Below are positions 1-10,492 of a stretch of 64,000 nt of DNA, in pieces. Source of the stretch: Mustelus asterias (lineage: Eukaryota); the NCBI RefSeq assembly GCF_964213995.1, contig NC_135825.1, positions 31,930,001 to 31,994,000 of the forward strand, in the 5' to 3' direction. Within the stretch, counting starts at the first letter, position 1; each line of letters opens with the position of its first letter. Made by a program: the position numbers and the translations under genes. The notes below the pieces were generated by a model. That model did not search any database. It worked only from the letters and a program-made list of their open reading frames with translations, and was not told the DNA's origin.

Positions 1-479
1 ACGTGTGGGAAGCTGTTGATAATTCATGATGAATCAACGAAATTACTTGTCAACAATAAAAAAGTATCCAGTTCATTTCGTTACCGCTATGAGGGGGGGC
101 TGGGTGCCGAGTATATGATTCAGAATAACACCAACAGCATGGGTTCGATTCCCACTCTGGCTGAGGGAGACTTGGGGCGTGTCACCTTGCCCTGCCCTTG
201 CGAGTGGAAGGCGGTAGCAAATTATCCCTGATCAAATAGATAAAAGAAAACTGTTGAGGGTGCAACTAAGGACCTGCCTTTTGGTAAAGCAGACAGACAT
301 GAACAAGTGAACCCTATTCACACAACTAAAAAGATAAATTATAATGTTTAAAATGTCTCAATTTATTAATAATGAAATGTAGATTGGTAAAACCAGTTAG
401 AATATATGGATGATGCAATATTGGCAAATGCTTGTGTGATGATACAGGTGCAATCAATATAAATATATTTATATATGTT

Positions 480-605
480 GGGTGGGATTTTACAGCCTCG
501 CTCGTCCCAAAACCATAAAATCCCGCCCAAGGTCAATGGACCTTCCCGTTGTCCGCCCCTTGCCCTCTCCGATTCCCGAGGCAGGCAGGTGGTACAATTC
601 TGGCC
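480..605. mobile_element. Short PIF/Harbinger-type MITE
   Basis: GC-rich imperfect TIRs, 3-bp TSD GTT (477-479/606-608), several copies in the window. Confidence 0.7.
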
Positions 606-868
606 GTTGTTTTTTTCTGTTAAGAGAGAATATTTAAAATTCAACTTTTGCTGCAGGTAGTCAATGTGTCTGGTAAACATTTAGCTCAGATGCTGGGAGA
701 GCAGGATAATTATTCATTTTAGCCATGTATTGTTTACTTAGGATAGAGCTAATGGATTTTTGTTTGTAGAAGAAGATTTCCCCTGGGGGCTTTGATTAGG
801 TGTGTAGGGTCATGTGATGATGCAGTTAATGGGAGGGATTAGGTTCCTCCCATTAACAGAGAAACAGC

Positions 869-1633
869 AGCCACGATTCTCCCAAAAGTGCTGAATTGGT
901 GGGAGAACTGTTCTAAATCCCGACTGTTTTCTTAGTTCAGCTTCTCACCTGAATCTCTGCACTCTGTGCAATGCAGATGTCCCAGTCATGAATCTCATTA
1001 AAAACCTAGGGGGGGCGGGGCCTATTCGTACTGGAGTCTGACAGCCCCGGAACTCTGCGCATGCACAGTCGTCCCGATCTGTCAGACTCCCCGTTTGCTG
1101 GCCAGCTCAATTGCTGGCCAGCCCAGGATCCCCGCAGTCTGCCCCTCCAGCCTGCCTCCCCATGGCATGATCGCGGCCCCCACAGCATTTCCCAGGCCAG
1201 CCCTGACCGCCCCCCTGTCTTGGAACACCCCGATGCACAGCCCACCTCCCCCCCACAGCAGTGGCAATCCCCTCACCCCACTGCTCGACTCCCTGGGAGG
1301 CCCCGGTTGCCCCCTCTTCATTCCAGCGGGGTCACCCGCTAGTTCCCCGAACATGGGGAGTTAGTCTGAACCCTGCCAGAATGAAGTACTCCTGGCCGAG
1401 TGGGAGATTCAATGGTCTTGATAATGAACTAATATGCATATTTAAAACATATTTTAAAAGATTTAAATGACTTACCTGCCTTCCCTGTCGGTTTCCAGCA
1501 TGGTCTGACCGGCGACTGTTCGCCGGCTCTGGAAGATGCGCATGCGCTCCAAATCCTGTTCAAGGCCAGAGACGCAGGTCTCCCACCCCGACCTGACAGA
1601 AAAGTTGCGGGTCGCAATGGGAAAATCGCGGCC
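869..1633. mobile_element. Non-autonomous Harbinger-type DNA transposon (~760 bp)
   Basis: TIRs gccacgattctccc / gggaaaatcgcggc; homologous to 55228-55989 in the opposite orientation. Confidence 0.7.
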
Positions 1634-1799
1634 AACTTTTCAGTTCTGGTTGGGAATTGTTGAAGACAGGTTCTTTGCAAGCTGCTGAAACTTATTCTCT
1701 CTCGGAAAATTCAAGACTGTCTACACTCATTATAGCAAGTATATTTATGGGGGCTAACTGTATTCAAAGTGGCATTGTAAGTCTGTCAGAAGAATGTTG

Positions 1800-2080
1800 C
1801 TTATTTGGAACTGAAACAGTGATGTTAGAAATTAAAGTTGTTTCCTTTCATTTTTAAATATTGTTCAATTGTTAATAGTTAAGCTGCTTCATTTGTTCGA
1901 GTTTTAGTTAAATTGTGTTTTTTAATGAAGTTTGTTTTACTATCAAAGATCCCTAATTTGTCAATTGTATTCCTCCTGGAGTGAAGCATCCTATCCTCAC
2001 ATTTATGCCAATAGAGAAAAATTGTTGGGGTCTGGTCTGGCTTTCTAATATAACTCGGGGTTCTGGTCCAGGACCCTAAC
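1800..2080 (+). mobile_element. 3' part of a degenerate LTR
   Basis: Similar to the reverse complement of 16501-16700 (shared cctggagt, tatcctcaca, tgttggggtct, ccctaa). The 5' boundary is uncertain. Confidence 0.5.
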
Positions 2081-2639
2081 TCTTGGACAATAATTATCGC
2101 AACATCTTGTTTGAATTGCCTGTCCTGTGTGACCAATTAACTGCGTCATAAAATCAATTTATGTTTTGTGTTGAAAAATACAGCACATTTCATTGCTTAC
2201 ATGCTCTGGTTTTCATTTGCACATCTCTAAGACACATTGTGACTCAAATAACCTTATCATATCTCTGTGGCGAAGGTTACTTTCCAGGGCTGTGCAAACA
2301 TGGATGTGGTAAGTGCTTTGTTCCACAAGAACGTTCTAATCTAATAAAGAAAAACAAATTGCATAAAATATATTGAGTAAGTTAATCAACTTCTCCTTTC
2401 ATGAGAGATCTTGTGATACCCAATATGTAGTTGGGGAACTAATTTAATGTTTGTAAGAATTAGCATCTGAAGGTTATAGAATAAAGATAATTCATCACAT
2501 TCAATAGGTGAATGGATGACAGAGCAAGAGAATAGGGAAAAACCATGAAAAATATTTTTGAAAATGGGATTAGTTCAGACTAAGATAGGAAAATTTAAAT
2601 TTGCTTATAAGCTATTTTGCATTTGTGATTTTAGAATAA

Positions 2640-3420
2640 AAGAATCATACCATAAAACCTTATAGCAAAGGGAGTATTTGGCCTGATGTGTCTGTGTCAT
2701 CCTTTGAAAGGGTTGTCCAATTTAGTCCCATATCGCAGCTTTCTTCCCATTGCACATCATATTAGTCCCCTTTAGGTACCTACCCCATTTGCTTATGAAA
2801 ATTCCAATGAAATCTGATTGCAACAAGCTTTCAAGTAATACATGCCACAGATCTCAATGACTGTCAAAATATTCCTCCTCATTTCCCCTCTAGTTCATTT
2901 TCCCAATTATATTAATTTTATGACCATTTGTTACTGGCCTACTTTCCAGATGAAACACTTGCCTACTTGCCTTATCAAAACATAGAAATATAAATAGAAA
3001 ATAGAAGCAGGAGTAGGCCATCAGGCCCTTCGAGTCTGCTCCGCCATTCATTTTGATCATGGCTGATCATCAAATTCAATATCCTGATCCCGCCTTCCCC
3101 CCATATCCCTTCAGCCCTTTTGCCCCAAGAACTATGTCTAATTGTAAATATTTCTTTGAGGTCTCCCCTTAATCTTCTCTGCTCTAAGGAGAACAATCAC
3201 TGCTTCTTCTTTATTTGTTCATTCTTTCATGGGATATGAGTATCACAAGCAAGGTCAGCCTTTGCTGCATTTCTAAAATCTCTCCACATAGCTGAAGTTC
3301 CTCATCTCTGATATCATCCTTTTAAGTCTCCCCTGTACTCGCCCCAAGGCCTTGGCATCCTTCCCAAACTGTGATGCCAGGATTATACACAATGATCCTG
3401 CAGAAGTCTAACCAGTGATT
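2640..3420 (-). mobile_element. CR1 (HER1-like) LINE 3' fragments, with a nested CR1 tail at ~2980-3140
   Basis: FSLEQRRLRGDL motif and CR1 3' UTR with short tandem tail. Confidence 0.75.
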
Positions 3421-4806
3421 TTTCCATGCACTATGTCTCTCCTTTCTGCTGCTATGTGCTGATGTCCTTCCCTGTTGCAAAATTAGCTTAAACCCTTTCT
3501 CTGATTTTTGTTTGTGTGAAGCTTTTCAAAATGTACAGAGAGCTTGCAACAAGATGGTGTTATTTTGGCCATTATCAAAACATAACTTTGTGAAAGAATT
3601 AAATTGTCAGGTCTGAAAAGTCAGGATATTTCTCACTTTTGGAAATTCTCAACCAGAGAACAGAGCGGTAACATTGACAGTAAATAATTATTCCCTTAAA
3701 ACTAAAATCATTGCAACCCGAATAATTGATCATTTATAGAATGAGACATGTATGCAACTCTTTAGTGCAGAGATTTCCATACATTTCTGATTGGCCATTG
3801 TCCTTGCTGAGTTGCCCATTGCAGGATCCAGGATTGACCACACCTTGGGTGAATCGGCTTCACATAGACAACTTCTCATTTTTCAGTATCATCTTCCAGG
3901 AGTGACCTGTGCACAATTCCTTAGCAAAAATAGGAAGGCATTAATAAACCCACAGAATGAGAATGTAATTGGCAAGAAACCTCAGGATAGATAAGTCTGA
4001 GGGACAATAAGGAATAATATCTAAATGCTGTAAAGGAACAGAGGAATCTGGGTATGTGCAAAGCGCTGGGGTTTATTTCCAGAGGGATAGAATTGAAAAG
4101 CAGAGAAATCAGTTTAAATTTATAGCAAACCTCGTTAGATCATACTTGGAGTACTGTAACAGTTTGTCTTTCCAGATTATAAAAAGATAAAGAGGCACTG
4201 GAGATGGTGCAACAAAGATCTATTAAAATGATACCAGAACTGAGGTTACACCTAACAGAAAAAAATTGAACAGGTTGGAGTTATTTTCTCCAGAAACAGA
4301 TGATTAAGAGGTGATTTGATAGAGATAAATCTAACAGCTGCAGATCAGAAAGTTTAAACTGGGTATTGTGAAAACTTTTAGAAATTATATTCTGGGATAA
4401 AATTAACAGACGCTTAAACATGTGTGGCTCGATTAAGGAGAGTCAGCATGGATGTGTGAAAGGCAAGCCTTGATTAACCAACTTCAAATCCATAAAATCC
4501 ATAGAATCCACAGTGCAGTAGGAGGTCATTTGGCTCATCAAGTTTGCACTGACTCTCTGACAGAGTATTTCATCCAGGTCCTTTCCCCCATCCTATCCTT
4601 GTAACACCAGATATTTACCATGGCTAAAACATTTAACCTACACACTCGATTGAGTTTTTTAAATGAAATAACAGAGAGGATTAATAAGAGTAACATGGTT
4701 GATGTGGACTTCCAAAAAAAGCCTCATAATAGACCTGTCAGCAAAGTTGAAGCCCACAGAGTGAAAGGCACAGTGGCAAGATGGATACAAAGTTGGCTGA
4801 TTGACA

Positions 4807-4921
4807 GGAGGAAGTTTAACAACACCAGGTTAAAGTCCAACAGGTTTATTTGGTAGCAAAAGCCACACAAGCTTTCGGAGCTCCAAGCCCCTTCCAGTCC
4901 AACGCCGGCATCTCCACATCA
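4807..4921. mobile_element. Very short Penelope-like terminal-repeat insertion
   Basis: Shares aacaccaggttaaagtccaacaggtttatttggtagc and cagtccaacgccggcatctccacatc with 9059-9560; flanked by the direct repeat tgattgaca (4798-4806/4922-4930). Confidence 0.75.
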
Positions 4922-5312
4922 TGATTGACACGAAACAGAGTCATGGTGAACGGTTGTTTTTCAGATTAGAGGAAGGTAGTGTTCCCCAAGGTTTGGTACG
5001 AGAACCATAGGCTTGGGTATAGAGTACAATTCAAATTTTCAGGTGACATAAAACTTGGAAGAATGTTAAACTATGAGGATAGTGATAGAGTTCAAAGGAC
5101 ATGCACAATCTGTGGATGCGTGGCAGGTGAAATTTAATGCAGGAAAATGTGAAGTGATACATTTTGATGCAAAGAAAAGCAATACATATGAAATAGATAC
5201 AATTCTAATAGAGTGCAGGAACACAGTACCCTAGGGTTATATATGCAGAAATAGTTTGCAGGTTGTGAAAGTGGTTAAAAAGGCAAATGCGATCTTGAGC
5301 TACAGTGGCATA

Positions 5313-5436
5313 CGCTGGAATTCTACCGCCTTGTCTGCCATGGAATCAGAGTGGGCGAGGGGTTGACAACGAAATGTCTGTTGACCTCAGGTGGGAATTT
5401 CTGGTCTCGTTCGAGCGAGGCAGCAAAATCCCACCC
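5313..5436. mobile_element. Short Harbinger-type MITE inside CR1
   Basis: Same family as 480-605; 3-bp TSD ATA. Confidence 0.7.
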
Positions 5437-6351
5437 ATAGAGTCCAAAAACAAGAAAGTTTTGATGAGCCTTTATAAACCACTGGGTTAGCCTCAACTGA
5501 AGGGTTATGTCCAGTTCTGGGCCCTGCACTTTAGAAACTGGGGTTGTTCCCATTAAAGAAGAGTACATTGCAAGGTGATTTGTTAGAGGTATCCAAAATC
5601 AGGAGGAATAAGGACAAAGTGGATAGAGAAAAGCTTTTCCCATTGGCAGAAGAATTGAGGGCAAAGGACACGGATTTAAGGTGATTGACAAAGGATCCAA
5701 AGGCAACATGTGGGAAAGCATTTTTACACAGCGAGTGGTTGGAATCTGGAATGCAGCGCCTGAGAGTGTGGTGGAGGGAGATTCAATCGTGGCTTCAAAG
5801 GGGAATTTGGATAAGTACCTGAAGGGGAGAAAGTTTGCTGGGCTGCAGGGAGAAGGCCAGGGAGTGGGGCTAGCTAAATTGCTCTCACAGAGGGCCGGCA
5901 TAGACTTGATGGGCTGCATGGCTTGCTTCTGTGCTGTACCCATTCTATGATTTTATGATTCAACATTCTAGAGTTCATCATGGTTATGGAAGGTTTGATA
6001 GGATAGAGGTAGAGAAGATTTTCCAGGATTTTGCACCATAGATATAAGATGGTCACTCATACATCCAATTGGAAATTCAGACAAAACTCCTTTAGCCAGA
6101 GAGTGGTTAGAATGTGGAATTCGCTACTACAAAGAACAGTTGAAGCAACAAGATGCATTCAAGGGGAATCTAGATAGATGAGAGAAAGGAGTAAAGGAAT
6201 ATTTTGATGAAGTTAGACAGAGGAGGAGGGGTGCAAGGAGGCTCATGTGGGTCATTAACTCTGCATGGACGTGCTGGGCTAAATGGTCTGTTTCTATGCT
6301 ATATGTACTTTGTCGTGTCATTCTTTGAAAATTATATTAGAAAGCTATAAA

Positions 6352-7737
6352 CATCTAACTCAACACAGAACAAAAACCTTTGGTTTCCAAGGGCAGCGTG
6401 TTTATTCATGAACACATCGAGGGAGCGGGATCTTTTGTTGATCATACATAATTGTACAGCATCACATATTACTCTTAAACCGGACTTATGATTTATTTCA
6501 CAGAGTACATATCGTTCATCTCTGTTATGTTTGTTAAAAATTTGGCAGATGCTTTCCCCAAGGCAGTGAGGGTTCCTCTGCTCTGAGTTTGATGCTCACC
6601 TGTTTTTTTGGCTCATTGGCCAATGACAAAACGTAACGGATTGCCTCAAAACACTGTTGTTCTCTCCTGTGAGATCATATCACAATAGTTCATTCTTTTC
6701 ACTTAGCAGAGTTCGGAATTTCGAAAACTCGGATGGTGCCACCCATTTCAGAAGATTCCCTTTGAGTCAGCTTTTGCTGCATTTCTCTGGTCTGTCATTT
6801 GGCCTTGTACCTGTGAGTCCTGAAACCAATCCAGCTGGAGGATTTAGGACAGAAACGTTAAGTCCAATAAAGTCATTTGCTGAAACACAGGCCACTGTTG
6901 CTGCATGTCTTGAGATTTATCAGTTGGATCGAGCTTGGTGAAAGGTGACTCAGCCTCCCCGTTTTGTCTCTGATGCAGTGCCAAATCATTCAGCTCCATT
7001 ATGCTGACCACTTCAAATGAATGGATTGCGTACCAGAAGGCGTAGTAATGTTCTGTGCTAGTGCTTGTTCAGGTTCATTAATAAATTTCTTAAGTTTAAG
7101 CATTGGCTCATAATAAACATGTTTGCCTCAGGTGGCACAGTGGTTAGCACTGCTGCCTCACAGTGCCAGGGACCTGGGTTCAATTTCGGCCTCAGGTGAC
7201 TGTCTGTGTGGAGTTTGTACATTCTCCCAATGTCTGTATGGGTTACCTCCGGGTGCTCCGGTTTCCTCCCACATTCCGAAGATGTGTGGATTAGCTTGAT
7301 TGGCCATGCTACATTGCTCCTTAGTGTCAGGGGGACTAGCAAGATAAATGCAGGGTAGGGCTGGCTAGGATTTGTTTTCAGTGGGCCAAATGGCCTCTTT
7401 CTGCACTGTAGGGATTTTATGAAACTGTATGATTATAAAAGAGATTTTCAACACAAATATAATTCTCCATTATAATAATAAAGATTGTATGTAAGCTCCT
7501 CTAGCTCATTATATTAGTGTCAAGGATAGACTGCGTAGTAACAAAGCATAGTACAGGTGTAAATGAAGTGTGTAATCTTAAAGCAACTTCACATCTAAAA
7601 AAATATCAGTTAAATCTTGTGGAATGTCTTGTTTAAGAATATGTGACCCCGTATTATTATGTATGCTTAACAAAACATTCTTCTTCCTCAGTGTGCCCTT
7701 GGAAACCAAACCATTTTGTTCTGCGCTGAGATGGATG
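6352..7737. repeat. Segment bounded by 44-bp imperfect inverted repeats (candidate old DNA transposon)
   Basis: 6352-6395 versus the reverse complement of 7694-7737: 37/44 identical, ungapped. Confidence 0.6.
7131..7430 (+). mobile_element. HE1-type V-SINE (CR1 tail)
   Basis: tRNA-like A/B boxes, V-domain (ggtttcctccgggtgctccggtttcctccc-like), CR1-like tail. Confidence 0.88.
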
Positions 7738-8600
7738 ATCCCAGCGGGAGCAGATTTTGGGATGCTCCGAATGGACTAAGTGTCGCTGGGTTGAGAACTG
7801 CTACAGATGACTATCAGGTAGCTCCTGTTGGATAGTGTCTGTGCATTGTTGTCAGTTGATGTGTCTCTTAGATTGTCCAGGTGGACATGCCTCACATGTT
7901 TCAGCAACTATTTGACTGTGGAAGGCATAATAACTCACATCAAGAAAGATGATTTGGATATTGTACTGTGGAACAGCCAAGCGCATAGGAAACAACTCTT
8001 CTAAGAGTCAGCAGCTTCAGGAAAAAAAGGAGAAAATAATGGGATGATGAACACTGTGAGAAGTACCACTATGTGTATTCAAGTGCTTTGGCTATGCAAT
8101 GCATGCAGTCCAGTTGCAATGACACCAGGAGCAGGGCTCTTTAGGTGCTGCAGGTGAGTACAGCGCTATGTTCACATGTGAGGTCAATCATTTTGCATAC
8201 TATCGCTATACTCGTGGATCAAAGAACATGAAGCAATGGGTTTAACAATCCTGCAACTGCAGCTCTGAAATTGAGCATTAAAGTTACATTACTACAGAGG
8301 GGTAACAACAGCTACAACAAGGGAAAGATACCTTCCAGGATGCAGTTTTGAAGATTCTGCAAATGTTGGAGAGTGAAAAAGCTTTCACATAATGACCATT
8401 AGATCAGCCTGGGTGGAGGTAACAGGAATGCTCTCTTACCTGAAGGCAGAATCTGTAATCAGATGAGAAATATAAAATCTTGTAAGTAGCTCACCTTTTC
8501 CATAATTTTCCAATGGTTCCTTTAATATATCTTAGCAGCAATTCAGCTTGCTAGAGATCACAAAGGGAAAATGCACAGCATCCTGACAACTGTACAATTG

Positions 8601-8968
8601 GGATTGAATTTAAGGCCCCCCCAAGCCAGGAGTGGGCTGGGAAGCAGGGAGGGCCATATCATTGAGCAGGAAGGCACGGAATAGAATGCCCCTTTGCTTT
8701 CGTGACTTTCCCCAGTAAAACTGAGGTAGGGAACATCAAGGTCAGTGTTCCAATCCTGAGGCCACTTGAGAAGCATAAGTAGCCATTCAGGGTTACTTAG
8801 GGTCTTATCCATTGCCACTGGTATTCTATAGAGACTGAGTTGGGGGAAAGGGGGGTCCCATGCCATATGAACAGGCTGCTAGGGGCAAACAGGCTCGTGG
8901 GCCCCTCCTGATCTGGCTCCCTGTGCCCCATTGGACGGGACCACCAGCCTGGCCATTAAATTCAGCCC
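8601..8968. mobile_element. Harbinger-type MITE
   Basis: Termini ggattgaattt / aaattcagccc, GC-rich interior. Confidence 0.55.
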
Positions 8969-9119
8969 TTATTTTCAAACTGCACACACATACCATGTTT
9001 TAACATGGCAATTTGTATTGCTACCATGCCGATGCATTTACCCTGTCATCTCTGCAGTGCACAGTAAGAAGTCTCACAACACCAGGTTAAAGTCCAACAG
9101 GTTTATTTGGTAGCAAATA

Positions 9120-9156
9120 CCATAAGCTTTCAGAGCGCTGCCCCTTCGTCAGATGG
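9120..9156 (-). ncRNA. Minimal type I hammerhead ribozyme motif (PLE-associated)
   Basis: Minus strand reads ccat-CUGACGA-a-ggggc agc gctct-GAAA-gc-UU-atgg; stem II is closed by a G-U pair. Confidence 0.7.
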
Positions 9157-9422
9157 AGTGAAAATCTGTTCTCCAACAGTGCACAGACACAGAAATCAAG
9201 TTACAGAATACTAATTAGAATGCAAATCTCTACAGCCAGCCAGGTCTTAAAGGTACAGATAATACAGTACAATACACATCTCTTTAACCTGTGTTTAATG
9301 TTCCCTCCACCCACATTATCTGTACCTTTAAGACCTGGCTGGCTGTAGAGATTTACATTCTAATTAGTATTCTGTAACTTGATGTTGTGTCTCTGTGCAC
9401 TGTTGGAGAACAGATTTTCACT

Positions 9423-9459
9423 CCATCTGACGAAGGGGCAGCGCTCCGAAAGCTTATGG
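9423..9459 (+). ncRNA. Minimal type I hammerhead ribozyme motif (PLE-associated)
   Basis: ccat-CUGACGA-a-ggggc agc gctcc-GAAA-gc-UU-atgg: stem I ccat/atgg, stem II ggggc/gctcc, palindromic AGCU in place of stem III. Predicted cut after 9455. Confidence 0.78.
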
Positions 9460-9609
9460 TATTTGCTACCAAATAAACCTGTTGGACTTTAACCTGGTGT
9501 TGTGAGACTTCTTACTGTGCTTACCCCAGTCCAACGCCGGCATCTCCACATCATGACTACCATCGACTCTGCAGTGCAACAAGGATAACATCGAGCACAC
9601 TGCCAGCAC

Positions 9610-10492
9610 AAAGTAACTAAAGGTATGCAGAGGAACAGGTAGTATTGAGAAAGCAGGAGGGCTGCAGAGGACTTGGACAGGTTGGAAAGTGGGCAAAGAA
9701 GTGGCAGATGGAATACAATGTGGAAAAGTGTGAGGTTATGCACTTTGAAAGGAGGAATGGAGGTATAGACTATTTTCTAATGGGAAAATGCTTAGGAAAT
9801 CAGAAACACAAAGGGACTTGGGAGTCCTTGTTCAAGATTCTCTTAAGGTTAACGTGCAGGTTCAGTCAGCAGTTCGGAAGGCAAATGCAATGTTAGCATT
9901 CATGTCGAGAGGGCTAGATTACAAGAACAGGGATGTACTTCTGAGGCTGTATAAGGCTCTGGTCAGACTCCATTTGGAGTATTGTGAGCAGTTTTGGGCC
10001 CCATATCTAAGGGAGGATATGCTGGCCTTGGAAAGGGTCCAGAGGAGGTTCACAAGAATGATCATTGGAATGAAGAGCTTGTCATACAAGGAACGATTGA
10101 GGACTCTGGGTCTGTACTTGTTGGAGTTTAAAAGGATGAGCGGGGGTCTTATTGAAACCTACAGGATACTGGATGCTTCCCTGAGTAGGAACCAGAGGTC
10201 ACAACCTCAGGCTGAAGGGACGATCCTTTAAAACAGAGACGAGGAGGAATTTCTTCAGCCAAGGAGTGGTGAATCTGTGGAACTCTTTGCCGCAGAAGGC
10301 TGTGGAGGCCAGGGCATTGAGTGCCTTTAAAACAGAGATAGGTAGGTTCTTGATTAATAGGGGGATCAGGGGTTATGGAGAAAAGGCAGGAGAATGGGGA
10401 TGAGTAAAAAATCAGCCATGATTGAATGGCGGAGCAGACACGATGGGCAGAGTGGCCTAATTCTGCTCCTATGTCTTATGGTCTTATGGTCT
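9610..10492 (+). mobile_element. 5'-truncated CR1 LINE
   Basis: WQMEYNVEKC, LYKALVRLHLEYCEQFWAPY and LERVQRRFTRM motifs; tail of ttatggtc repeats. Confidence 0.93.

Larger units (their letters stand above)
3900..6315 (+). mobile_element. Cluster of degenerate CR1 ORF2/3' UTR fragments, interrupted by SINE, PLE and MITE insertions
   Basis: DFQK, WIQSWL and FTQRVVGIWNA motifs; CR1 tails near 5950 and 6310. Confidence 0.8.
9059..9566. mobile_element. Penelope-like element terminal repeats in inverted (palindromic) arrangement
   Basis: Arms 9059-9263 and 9315-9520 are near-perfect reverse complements with a 51-bp spacer. 12-bp flanking direct repeat ctctgcagtgca (9050-9061/9567-9578). Each arm has a hammerhead motif followed by AATAAA. 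Confidence 0.85.

Noticed and set aside
9059-9520. CRISPR-like array or miRNA gene
   Set aside because: No repeat-spacer periodicity. The hairpin is explained by inverted PLE termini, and the DNA is eukaryotic.
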